Positions 52,853 through 63,428 of a DNA stretch of 64,000 nucleotides are shown here, in pieces. The notes under the pieces are model-generated. The model searched no databases. It saw only the letters and a list, made by a program, of their open reading frames with translations, and was not told the DNA's origin. The DNA is from Candidatus Limnocylindria bacterium (GTDB taxonomy: Bacteria > Chloroflexota > Limnocylindria > Limnocylindrales > CSP1-4): contig DATKBB010000021.1 of NCBI GenBank assembly GCA_035514295.1, positions 74,460 through 138,459 on the forward strand, written 5' to 3'. The position numbers were made by a program, and so were the translations under genes. Each line of letters begins with the position of its first letter. Positions within the stretch are counted from its first letter, which is position 1.

Positions 52853-53314
52853 ATGGCGCACATGGCGAACAGAAGACACGGTCCTGGCCGACCAAGGCAG
52901 GCTCCCGGCTCTGCACTGGACGCCGCCCTCAGCCGGGTAGGCGATCGCTGGTCGTTTTTGCTCGTAGAGGCGCTGCTCGCCGGCCCTGGGCGCTTCAACG
53001 AGCTGGCGGCGGAGCTGCCCGGCATCGCGGCCAACATCCTGGCCGACCGCCTGCGCCGGCTGGAAGCCGGCGGAGTGTTGGTGTCGCGCCCCTACTCCGA
53101 ACGACCGCCGCGGCTGGAGTACGCGCTCACGCAGGAGGGCCAGGAGCTGGCCGGCGTGCTGCGGCTGCTGGCTCACTGGGGCGCGTCGGGCTCGCCGGCC
53201 AGCGAGGGCCTGCGCCACCTGGCCTGCGGCTCACTCCTCGAGGCGCAGTGGTACTGCACGACGTGTGCTCAGCCGGTGGAGGAGGAAGAGGCCTCCGCGC
53301 TGCGACACCTGTGA
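52853..53314 (+). CDS. HxlR-family transcriptional regulator with C-terminal Cys-containing extension
   Basis: This is the last 153 codons of tracked ORF 51629..53314; the rest is antisense to the protease gene. The HxlR signature is VGDRWSFLLVEALLAGPGRFNELAAELPGIAANILADRLRRLEAGGVLVSRPYSERPPRLEYALTQEG, followed by a HLACGS...CTTC tail. Confidence 0.85.
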   Translation: MAHMANRRHGPGRPRQAPGSALDAALSRVGDRWSFLLVEALLAGPGRFNELAAELPGIAANILADRLRRLEAGGVLVSRPYSERPPRLEYALTQEGQELAGVLRLLAHWGASGSPASEGLRHLACGSLLEAQWYCTTCAQPVEEEEASALRHL

Positions 53315-53352
53315 TCCGCGAGGAGCCCGTTACCCGGCGGCCGGTTCTGTAA

Positions 53353-53616
53353 GGGCGCGCTGCGCGGCGTCCGTCAGGCTGCCCCGGGCCGGCCCACTAC
53401 GAACAGGCCTCGACGCTGGTCACGCCTGACAAGATCGCCGAGATGATGCACTGCGGCCTGGAGGCGCAACCGGTGCTGGACCAGATCCAGGAATACGCCA
53501 AGGTCGGCTACACGCACGTGTACCTGCACCAGATCGGGCCGGACCAGGAAGGCTTCATGGAGTTCGCCCGCCGGCAGATCCTGCCCGAGGTCTCGGCGGT
53601 GGGCTCCAAGCGCTGA
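53353..53616 (+). pseudogene. C-terminal remnant of an LLM-class F420-dependent oxidoreductase (Fgd-like)
   Basis: The open frame 53353-53616 is not in the track because its only ATG gives 57 aa. It reads ...EQASTLVTPDKIAEMMHCGLEAQPVLDQIQEYAKVGYTHVYLHQIGPDQEGFMEFARRQILPEV..., the recognisable last 75 or so residues of F420-dependent glucose-6-phosphate-dehydrogenase-like luciferase-family enzymes. The roughly 250 N-terminal codons are absent. Confidence 0.6.
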
Positions 53617-53640
53617 AGTGGCGCAGCGCGCCAGGCCAGG

Positions 53641-54717
53641 TCAGGCGGGAGCGGCGCCCTCCTCGTCGGCCTCCTCCTCAGCGCGGCGCTCGGAGCGCTC
53701 GGCCGTGCGGCGGCGTCCGGCCTCGGCGGCGCGCTCATCGTCGCTGCGGCCCTTGTCGCCGCTCTCCTCGAGCGCGGCGATCTGCCGGCGGTTCTCGACG
53801 TCGGCCGGGTCGCGCATCTCATGGAACACCTCGTTGAACTCGGCGCCCAGCAGGAAGAGGAGTGCGCTGACGTAGAACCAGATCAGCACGATGACCACGC
53901 CCGCCAGCGCGCCGTAGGTGCTGCCGTAGTTCCCGATGTTGGTGACGTAGATGAAGAAGCCGAGCGTGCCGACGATCCAGGCGATCGCGAAGAGCAGCGC
54001 TCCCGGGAAGACCGACTTCAGGGGCAGCCGGATGTTCGGCGCGACGCGGTAGACCCAGGCCGCGGCGGCCAGCAGCAGCGCGAAGGCCAGGATGCCGGTC
54101 GCGATCGTGATGATCAGCGGGGCGGTCTCACCCAGGCCGAGCGCGTTGGCGATCTCGGGCGCGAGGATGCGCAACGGGCCGATCAGGATGATCGCCCCGA
54201 TCAGCGCCGCGCCGGCGAGCAGAGTCATCGCGATGGCGACCAGGTAGCGCTTCCAGATGGGACGGCCCTCGGCCACGCTGTAGACGCGGTTCACCGCCTT
54301 GATGATCGCGTTCGTGCCACCGGTCGCGAAGAAGAGCGCCAGCACGGCGCCCAGCGAGAGGAGGCCGGTGCTCTGCTCCTGGATGATGCCCTCCAGCTCG
54401 CTCTGCACGACCGCGGCGGCTTCCTCGGGCAGGGCGTCGCCCAGCATCTGGACCGCCTGTTCGGCGGGGTTCTGGATCGGCAGCAGGCCGGCCACGAAGC
54501 CGCCCAGGGCGGTCAGGAAGATCGCGAAGGGGAAGATCGCGAGGAAGAAGCGATACGCCAGCTCCGCCGACAGCCCCATGACGTCGTCACGCATGGCTTG
54601 ACGGTAGATCTGCCGGCCGCCGCCGAGCAGGCCTTTGGCCCGCGGCGTGTCCCGCTCAGGCGCCGGCTCGTCCGGCCGCTGGTTCCGATCAGTAACCTGC
54701 TCCACTTGACGATTCAA
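53641..54717 (-). CDS. YihY/BrkB-family membrane protein
   Basis: 358-aa ORF with the YihY signature ...GLSAELAYRFFLAIFPFAIFLTALGG..., six TM helices and an acidic/basic disordered C-terminal tail. Confidence 0.85.
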   Translation of the reverse strand: MNRQVEQVTDRNQRPDEPAPERDTPRAKGLLGGGRQIYRQAMRDDVMGLSAELAYRFFLAIFPFAIFLTALGGFVAGLLPIQNPAEQAVQMLGDALPEEAAAVVQSELEGIIQEQSTGLLSLGAVLALFFATGGTNAIIKAVNRVYSVAEGRPIWKRYLVAIAMTLLAGAALIGAIILIGPLRILAPEIANALGLGETAPLIITIATGILAFALLLAAAAWVYRVAPNIRLPLKSVFPGALLFAIAWIVGTLGFFIYVTNIGNYGSTYGALAGVVIVLIWFYVSALLFLLGAEFNEVFHEMRDPADVENRRQIAALEESGDKGRSDDERAAEAGRRRTAERSERRAEEEADEEGAAPA

Positions 54718-54806
54718 GCATGGGCGCGGTTGACAGCGGTCTGCCGTCCCACCCGTTTAAGGGTTGCGCAAACGCAACAGCGGGCGGAGAGCGCCGCCGA
54801 GGCCCG

Positions 54807-55013
54807 TTACTGGGCGATGCGCTCGTCCCGGCCGAGCTTGACGACCTCCGTGCAGCCGATCCGCTGGCAGCGGTACATCTCGTCCTCGGGCTCCTCGCCG
54901 ATGACGACGCTCTGCGCGCTGCGCTCGGGCATCATCGGCGACCACTCGTCGAGGCCGTGCTTGTGTTCCAGGCGGAGTCCCTGCTCGGTGGTGGACGTTA
55001 CTCTTGATTCCAT
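54807..55013 (-). CDS. possible small protein (68 aa), unknown function
   Basis: MESRVTSTTEQGLRLEHKHGLDEWSPMMPERSAQSVVIGEEPEDEMYRCQRIGCTEVVKLGRDERIAQ. GAGG lies upstream of the ATG. No family recognised. Confidence 0.4.
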   Translation of the reverse strand: MESRVTSTTEQGLRLEHKHGLDEWSPMMPERSAQSVVIGEEPEDEMYRCQRIGCTEVVKLGRDERIAQ

Positions 55014-55101
55014 GGCCTCAGCCTAACCCGCACAGGCTCGCGAAAGCAGGCGCCGCCAGCGGCCAGACCTCTACGATGCATGCCACGCTGGAGGAAAAGG
55101 C

Positions 55102-56004
55102 ATGCGGCTGGCCATGGTCGTCAACCCCGCGGCAGGCGGCGGCCGGGGCCGTCGCGTGCTCGATGCCGCCCTGCCCCTGCTCGAGGCCCGCGGCGTGCAG
55201 CCCGACGTGGCCGTCAGCATCAACGGCGAGGAGCCGGCCCGCCTCGCCCGGCAGGCTGCCGAGGCCGGCGCAGAGCTGGTCGTGGCGGTCGGCGGGGACG
55301 GTCAGGCGCGGGCCGTCGCGAGCGGCCTGCTGGGGACGCCGGCGGCCCTGGGCATCCTGCCGGCGGGCAGCGCCAACGACTACGCTCGTGCCCTGGGCAT
55401 GCCGCGTCGCGACCTGCCTGCGGCCGTCGACCTGCTGCTCGGTGCCGGTCGCCGGCAGCTGGATGTCGTGCGCGTGGAGGGCGCCTTCGGAGTCGTCCAC
55501 TACCTCAACGTCGGCGGTGCAGGCTTCGACTCCGTGGTCGCCGCGACGGCTGATCGGATCCCGCTGCTGCGTGGCTCGATGCGCTATGCGCTGGCTGTGT
55601 TGCGCGAGTTGCCACGCTTCAGGGCAGGGCACTTTCGGCTGGTGGTCGACGGCGCTGAACGCGAGCTGCGCGCGATGGTCGTGGTCGTGGCCAACGGCGC
55701 CTCCTACGGCGGGGGGATGCATGTCGCCCCGGGCGCCAGCCTGACCAGCGGCCGGCTGGAGTTGTGCATCGTGGCCGAACTATCGAGCTTCGCCTTCCTG
55801 CGCGCCTTCCCTCGGGTTTACCGAGGAACGCATGTCGACCACCCGGCCGTGACCATGCTGCCGGCCCGCGAAGTGCTGATCGAGGCGGAGCCGGCCTACG
55901 AGGTGACGGGCGACGGGGAGCGGCTGGGCCGCCTGCCGGCGCGCTTCAGTGTGCTGCCCGGAGCGCTCAACGCTGCGATTGGGCGCCGGGCTCCGCTGCG
56001 CTAG
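55102..56004 (+). CDS. diacylglycerol/lipid kinase (YegS/DagK family)
   Basis: 300-aa ORF with GGAGGAAAAGGC preceding the ATG. Motifs are MVVNPAAGGGRG, VVAVGGDGQARAV and LPAGSANDYARALG. Confidence 0.9.
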   Translation: MRLAMVVNPAAGGGRGRRVLDAALPLLEARGVQPDVAVSINGEEPARLARQAAEAGAELVVAVGGDGQARAVASGLLGTPAALGILPAGSANDYARALGMPRRDLPAAVDLLLGAGRRQLDVVRVEGAFGVVHYLNVGGAGFDSVVAATADRIPLLRGSMRYALAVLRELPRFRAGHFRLVVDGAERELRAMVVVVANGASYGGGMHVAPGASLTSGRLELCIVAELSSFAFLRAFPRVYRGTHVDHPAVTMLPAREVLIEAEPAYEVTGDGERLGRLPARFSVLPGALNAAIGRRAPLR

Positions 56005-56105
56005 TCATTTCGGGCAGTACGCCCGATACGCAGCGAGGGTTTAGACTCTGCGGCGCCCGCCGCCCAGCCGGCCCTGACACCACCCAGCGAAGGTGAACAC
56101 CGACC

Positions 56106-58667
<2,562 letters not shown>

Positions 58668-58668
58668 A

Positions 58669-59274
58669 GTGGTGACCTCCCGGCGAGGCTGGGTGGAGCC
58701 GGTCACGCTGGAAGGTCGCTGGGTGCGGCTTGAGCCGCTCACCCTCGAGCATGTAGCCGGCCTGGCCGAGGTCGGTCTCGAGCCGGCCATCTGGAAGTGG
58801 ATGCCGCGGCTCATCCGCACGCCGGCGGAAATGAGCGAGTTTATTCAAGAGGGGCTGGCCGCTCAGGCGGCCGGCGAGCAGCTGCCCTTCGCTACCATCG
58901 AGCGGGCCAGCGGCCGGCTGGTGGGCAGCACGCGCTACCTGTCCATCGAGCCGGCTCACCGGCGCCTGGAGATCGGCTACACCTGGATCGCGCCGCCCTG
59001 GCAGGGCAGCGCCGTGAACCCTGAGTCCAAGTTGCTGCTGCTTGGCCATGCCTTCGACGTGCTGGGCGCCAATCGGGTCGAGTTCAAGACCGACTCTCGC
59101 AACGAGCGGTCGCGACGGGCACTGCTGGGCATAGGCGCGCTGGAGGAGGGCACCCTGCGCAACCACATGGTCACGCATGCGCCGGGGCTGCGCCACTCGG
59201 TCTACTTCAGCGTCGTGGCGGAGGAGTGGCCTGCCATGAGGCGCCGGCTCGAGGAGCGCCTGGCCGCACAATGA
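58669..59274 (+). CDS. GNAT-family N-acetyltransferase (RimJ/RimL-like)
   Basis: I chose the start at GTG 58669, 1 nt after the pepN stop (the tracked start lies inside pepN). The pattern is ...VRLEPLTLEHVAGLAE...RLEIGYTWIAPPWQGSAVNPESKLLLLGHAFDVLGANRVEFKTDSRNERSRRAL..G...EGTLRNH. Confidence 0.85.
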   Translation: MVTSRRGWVEPVTLEGRWVRLEPLTLEHVAGLAEVGLEPAIWKWMPRLIRTPAEMSEFIQEGLAAQAAGEQLPFATIERASGRLVGSTRYLSIEPAHRRLEIGYTWIAPPWQGSAVNPESKLLLLGHAFDVLGANRVEFKTDSRNERSRRALLGIGALEEGTLRNHMVTHAPGLRHSVYFSVVAEEWPAMRRRLEERLAAQ

Positions 59275-59855
59275 CGGGCAAGAACGAGGGACGGACGGTC
59301 GAGCGCGGCACCAGCCTCGCGCTGGGCATCGTGCTGCTGGTCGTCGGAGTGGTACTGCTCGTGCTGCAGCTGTTCGGGCCCGACCTGGGCATCGACCTGG
59401 GCCGCCTCGGCTGGCCGGTATTCATCGTCGTCCCGGGCCTGGCGCTGCTGCTCATGGGGCTACTGCTGCGGTCGCAGACCGGCCTTGGCCTGTCGATCGT
59501 CGGTGGAGTCGTGTCCAGCGTGGGGCTGCTGCTGGCCTACCAATCGGCTTTCGACCACTTCGCGAGCTGGGCCTACGCCTGGGCGTTGGTGGCCCCCGGC
59601 GGCGTGGGCGCGGCGATGGTCCTGTGGGGCGCGCTGCACCGCCGCTGGAGCACGAGCCGACAGGGCCTGGGGGCGCTGACGGTGGGCCTGTTGATCTTTG
59701 CCGTCGGCTTCGCCTTCTTCGAGGGCGTCATCGGAATCGGCGACGGTCGCGGCATGGCTCCCCTGGGACGGGTGGTCCTGCCTGTCGTGCTGATCGTCGC
59801 CGGCGTGCTGCTGGTCGGCTACAGGCTCTGGCCGCGCCAGCGCCAGAACCAGTAG
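59271..59855 (+). CDS. polytopic membrane protein with LiaI/LiaF-type TM segments
   Basis: ATG 59271 overlaps the upstream stop (ATGA). There are six hydrophobic helices (LALGIVLLVVGVVLLVLQLF..., WPVFIVVPGLALLLMGLLL...). Function is unknown. Confidence 0.6.
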   Translation: MTGKNEGRTVERGTSLALGIVLLVVGVVLLVLQLFGPDLGIDLGRLGWPVFIVVPGLALLLMGLLLRSQTGLGLSIVGGVVSSVGLLLAYQSAFDHFASWAYAWALVAPGGVGAAMVLWGALHRRWSTSRQGLGALTVGLLIFAVGFAFFEGVIGIGDGRGMAPLGRVVLPVVLIVAGVLLVGYRLWPRQRQNQ

Positions 59856-60925
59856 GCGGGGGGGAAGAAGACTCTGTCGTAGGCGGGCACGCTGCGCACG
59901 ACCTCGCCGCCCCAGCCCTTCTTGAAGCGGAAGACACCGTCCAACGGGTCGGCCGCGGCGGCGCGCTCGAGGGCGGCTCGCGGGCCGTCGGCCGTGTCAC
60001 CCTCGTCGCCGGCGGGCGTGCCGGCCAGCTCCAGCCGGCCGCGGGCGTCCGGGATGCCCCACAGGTCGTAGGTCTGCGCGCCGTGATCGCGCGCCCAGCG
60101 CAGGGCGTGCCATTGAAGCAGGTGGCTGGCCCGCACCTGCAGGCCGGCCGGGCTCGAACCGGCCGCCAGGTAGACGGCCTGCCGACCGAACGAGAGCACC
60201 AGCGAAGCCGCGACGACGGCGCCGTCGTGCCTGGCCAGCAAGAGAAGCGCGTCGTCGCCGTACAACCGCCAGGCAGCGCGGTAGTAGGCCGCGCTGTGGA
60301 TGCCGAACGTCTTGCGAGCCTGGGTCGCGCGCATCATGGCGTGCAGCAGGTCCACGTCTGCCTCTGAAGCACCGCGGCGCACCTCGACGTCGGCTTTCTC
60401 CGCCCGGCGCACGTCGGCGCGGTGGCCCTTGGACAGGCCGCGACGCAGTTCGTCGTCGCTCCCCGCCAGGTCGAGGCGCACGGAAGCGCGCGGTTGGAGG
60501 GTGCGCTGCACCGCCCGAAAGCCCCGGCCGGTCAGCGCTGAATCCAACGACTTCTCGGCCGGCGAGCCCGCCATGACGTCCGGCTCGAGGCGCAGGAAGG
60601 CCGCCCGCCGGCGCCGCGCCAGGCCCTGCAGGGCGTCCAGCAGCGCGGCGTCCGTGGCAGCGTCGGCGTTGGTGGCCGGGTCGCCGGCCGCGGCCGGCTC
60701 GCCCGAGAGCAGCGGGCCGCGCGGAACGTAGGCCGCGCCGATCCCCCGGTAGGGCCGGATGAGCAGTTGGGCGGCCGCCCGGCCGTCGTCGGTCCAGAGC
60801 CGGTGCGCCTGCCAGCCGAAGCGCTCCTTGAGCGCGCCCCAGGCCCAGGCCTGGAGGGGATGGCCGCCGCTTTCGCGCAAACGCGCGTCCCAGCGCGCGG
60901 CTTCGGTCTGCTCAGTCACCCGCAT
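59819..60925 (-). CDS. FemAB-family peptidoglycan interpeptide-bridge aminoacyltransferase-like protein
   Basis: 368-aa ORF. The N-terminal ...WDARLRESGGHPLQAWAWGALKERFGWQAHRL... and the overall two-GNAT-lobe layout resemble FemX/FemAB-like enzymes. This is my recognition, not searched. It overlaps the convergent membrane gene by 37 nt. Confidence 0.7.
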   Translation of the reverse strand: MRVTEQTEAARWDARLRESGGHPLQAWAWGALKERFGWQAHRLWTDDGRAAAQLLIRPYRGIGAAYVPRGPLLSGEPAAAGDPATNADAATDAALLDALQGLARRRRAAFLRLEPDVMAGSPAEKSLDSALTGRGFRAVQRTLQPRASVRLDLAGSDDELRRGLSKGHRADVRRAEKADVEVRRGASEADVDLLHAMMRATQARKTFGIHSAAYYRAAWRLYGDDALLLLARHDGAVVAASLVLSFGRQAVYLAAGSSPAGLQVRASHLLQWHALRWARDHGAQTYDLWGIPDARGRLELAGTPAGDEGDTADGPRAALERAAAADPLDGVFRFKKGWGGEVVRSVPAYDRVFFPPAYWFWRWRGQSL

Positions 60926-60946
60926 CGCGCGATTGTGCGCGAGCGG

Positions 60947-61132
60947 TCAGCTCAACGTGCGGGTTGCGCCGCAGACGGGGCAGGTGGCGATGTGGGCCAG
61001 CGGGTCGAGCTGGAGGTAGGTGGTGCAGCCGTTGGTGGTGCAGTACAGCCGGTGGCTCCCGGCCGTCCGGCGGATACGCCGGCGCGCCGAAGCACGCTGG
61101 CTGAAGTTGTTATTGAAGGTACGAGTTTGCAT
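60947..61132 (-). CDS. small basic zinc-ribbon protein (about 61 aa)
   Basis: MQTRTFNNNFSQRASARRRIRRTAGSHRLYCTTNGCTTYLQLDPLAHIATCPVCGATRTLS has C-x4-C ... C-x2-C. It lies 21 nt upstream of the FemAB-like gene. The tracked GTG 61165 is an alternative start. Confidence 0.4.
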   Translation of the reverse strand: MQTRTFNNNFSQRASARRRIRRTAGSHRLYCTTNGCTTYLQLDPLAHIATCPVCGATRTLS

Positions 61133-61151
61133 CGGTCGCTTTCTGTTTGAT

Positions 61152-61165
61152 GTGGAGCGCTCCAC
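61152..61165. promoter_or_regulatory. perfect 14-bp palindrome upstream of / at the start of the zinc-ribbon gene
   Basis: GTGGAGCGCTCCAC (61152-61165) is identical to its reverse complement. It lies 20-33 nt upstream of ATG 61132. Confidence 0.35.
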
Positions 61166-61584
61166 GGCCGTTCTCGACTGGCCGGAGCGCGAGTGACGGG
61201 ACCGGTTACCGCGGGAGCGAGGTTTGGATGCTCAGACCTGCGGTGGTCTCTGGTCCTGCTCGAATTCTAGCCCAAAGCGTGGAAGAGCGCCTTGGACCCT
61301 TCTGCTGAGTCGGCCCCGTACCTGCGTACCGCCCCTGGCGCGGTGTGGCCCGCCTGGGCAAGGTTAAAGTCAACGGCGCAGCCGATGCATCCGAGAGTGT
61401 GCGCCCGGTGAACGTAACGGCCACACACAAGCCAGATGTGCAGATCCATGCACGGAACGGCCAAGCACATAGCCTGAGCTTGACCCGAGCCTGGCCGAAC
61501 GGTGCAGGGCAGCGCGCATTCAGCCAAATCGTGGCGGTTAGGTGCCGCGCACGCACACTCGGCGAGTCAGCGGCCAGCGCTGAA

Positions 61585-61605
61585 CCCGGGGCAATGACGC
61601 CCGGG
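61585..61605 (-). terminator. GC hairpin 7 nt after the transaldolase stop
   Basis: CCCGGG (61585-61590) pairs with CCCGGG (61600-61605) with a 9-nt loop. A second small hairpin follows (CAGCG-GCCAG-CGCTG, about 61568-61582). There is no U-tract. Confidence 0.3.
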
Positions 61606-61611
61606 CCCGAC

Positions 61612-62715
61612 TTAACGGCGGCTCAGAACGGCTCGCTTCGAGCCGATCGTCTCGATCAGCTCGTCGAAGGAGGCAGCAAACTTCTCTACCCCCTCGCGCA
61701 GCAGCTCGTCGGTCACCTCGCCCATCTCTATGCCCAGTTCGGAAAGCTGGGCGAAGACGCGCCGGGCGTCGTCGTAGCCGGCATCGAGTGTGGCCGCCAG
61801 CCGGCCGTCATCCATGAAGGCCTCGATCGTCTCGAGCGGCATCGTGTCGACCGTCTCGGGTCCGATCAACTCCTCCACGTAGATCACGTCGCGGTAGGCC
61901 GGATCCTTGGTCGAGGTGCTTGCCCACAGGCAGCGCTGGACGTGGGCACCAGCAGCGCGAAGCTCGGCGAACTCGTCGCCGCCGAAGATCCGTTGGAAGG
62001 CCTCGTAGGCGAGTCGCGCATTGGCGATCGCGGCCTTGCCACGCAACTCTGGGGCGCGCGGATCGTCGAGGGCATCGAGTTTCTTGTCGACGTTGCTGTC
62101 CACGCGGCTGACGAAGAAGCTGGCCACCGATGCCACCTGCGTCACGTCCTCGCCGCGCTCGTGCCGGCGGCGCAGGCCCTCGATGTAAGCGCGCGCCACG
62201 CGCTCGTACATCTCGATCGAGAAGACCAGCGTCACGTTGACGTTGATGCCCTCCGAGATGGCCGTGCTGATGGCCTCCAGGCCCTGCTCGGTGGCCGGAA
62301 TCTTGATCATCGGGTTCGGCCGGCCCAGCGAGCGCCAGAGGTGACGAGCCCGCTCGACGGTGGCCTGCGTGTCGTGGGCCAGCGCCGGTTCGACCTCGAT
62401 CGAGGCGAAGCCGTCGTGCCCGCCGGCCGAGTCGTATACCCGGCGCAGGTGGTCGGCGGCGTCACCCACGTCGCCCAGCACGATCTCCTCGTAGATGGCC
62501 TCGTTGCTCGCGCCTTCCTCCAGGCGCCGCGAGATGAGCTCGTCGTACTCGCCGCCGGCGATGGCCTTGGCGAAGATGGTCGGGTTGCTGGTCAGGCCGC
62601 GGACGCCCTGGCCGATCAGCTCGTCGAGCTTGCCGCTCTCGATGAAGTGGCGCTCGACGAAGTCAACCCACGGGCTCTGGCCATGCTCCTGGTAGAGACG
62701 CTGCAGCGTGTTCAT
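61612..62715 (-). CDS. tal: transaldolase
   Basis: Start at ATG 62715 (MNTLQRLYQEHGQSPWVDF...). Motifs are GLTSNPTIFAKA and the active-site-Lys region MIKIPATEQG. Confidence 0.95.
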   Translation of the reverse strand: MNTLQRLYQEHGQSPWVDFVERHFIESGKLDELIGQGVRGLTSNPTIFAKAIAGGEYDELISRRLEEGASNEAIYEEIVLGDVGDAADHLRRVYDSAGGHDGFASIEVEPALAHDTQATVERARHLWRSLGRPNPMIKIPATEQGLEAISTAISEGINVNVTLVFSIEMYERVARAYIEGLRRRHERGEDVTQVASVASFFVSRVDSNVDKKLDALDDPRAPELRGKAAIANARLAYEAFQRIFGGDEFAELRAAGAHVQRCLWASTSTKDPAYRDVIYVEELIGPETVDTMPLETIEAFMDDGRLAATLDAGYDDARRVFAQLSELGIEMGEVTDELLREGVEKFAASFDELIETIGSKRAVLSRR

Positions 62716-62803
62716 GGGTTCAGTCTGCCACGGGTCGGGCAAAGGGCGGCAGGCCCGCAGCCCGCCGCCCCTTGTCAAACCCCTTGCAAAGCGCTTCGAA
62801 CCT

Positions 62804-63307
62804 CTAGCGCTGGCCCCGCCAGAGCTGCCATGTTCCCCAACCAACTGCCACGATGCCGACCACATAGCCGGCGAAGGCCAGCAGCTCCGGTGCGTCCCAC
62901 GCGCCGGCCGAGCGCAGGATGGAGAGGAGGCTGCCCGCGATCTCGCGGGCGCCCACCACGGCCACCACCAGGCCCAGGCCGATGAGCACCGATTCGTAGC
63001 GGAAGGGCATGGCCCGTCCGCTGCGGCCGGCGAAGTAAGCCAGCAGGATGAGGGCGGCCGCGCCCCAGATGACGTAGGCCAGCGAGTACTCGCGCAGGAT
63101 CAGGCCGAAGACGAGGTCGATGAGCACGAGCAGCGCCGAGCCGCCCACCACCAGCAGCTGGGCCATGCCCATCGAGGCCACCAGGCTGTCCAGCGGCGAC
63201 GCGGCACGGGGCGGCGCGGCAGCGCTGGGCGCGGAAGGCGGCACGGCCGGCGGAGGGCCCGGCGGCGGGCCGGCAGGCTGAGTCGCTGAAGGTTCGGGAC
63301 CGGACAT
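62804..63307 (-). CDS. membrane protein with Pro-rich N-terminus, unknown function
   Basis: Start at ATG 63307 (MSGPEPSATQPAGPPPGPPP...), preceded by GGGAGAG. Four hydrophobic helices follow. Confidence 0.55.
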   Translation of the reverse strand: MSGPEPSATQPAGPPPGPPPAVPPSAPSAAAPPRAASPLDSLVASMGMAQLLVVGGSALLVLIDLVFGLILREYSLAYVIWGAAALILLAYFAGRSGRAMPFRYESVLIGLGLVVAVVGAREIAGSLLSILRSAGAWDAPELLAFAGYVVGIVAVGWGTWQLWRGQR

Positions 63308-63428
63308 GTGACTCTCTCCCATCCTGGGCGGCGAGCGTGGACGGCCGCCCCTGCAACCCCCTCTGGGGCAACGATACAGGGCACTCGGCTGGATGTGAAC
63401 CGTCGCGGGCGGCTACCATCGCCTGGCG

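Noticed and set aside
51629-53314. Tracked 561-aa ORF as a single protein.
   Set aside because: The first roughly 400 codons are antisense to the HtrA-like protease gene and are low complexity. Only the last 153 codons, from ATG 52853, form a coherent HxlR-family regulator.
61166-61611. Known structured RNAs in the long intergenic region: RNase P, tmRNA, SRP RNA, T-box, ZTP, glycine and c-di-AMP riboswitches.
   Set aside because: I found no GAGGAAAGTCCGGGC or ACAGAANCCGGCTTA (RNase P). There is no tmRNA-type TCCACCA 3' end and no SRP GGAAGCAGCC core. The partial matches GGTTACCGCGGG (61204-61215, T-box-like) and CCCGCCTGGGCA (61349-61360, ZTP-like) are on the plus strand, where no downstream gene exists. 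The minus-strand CTCAGCAGAAGGGTCC only loosely resembles a glycine-aptamer segment.
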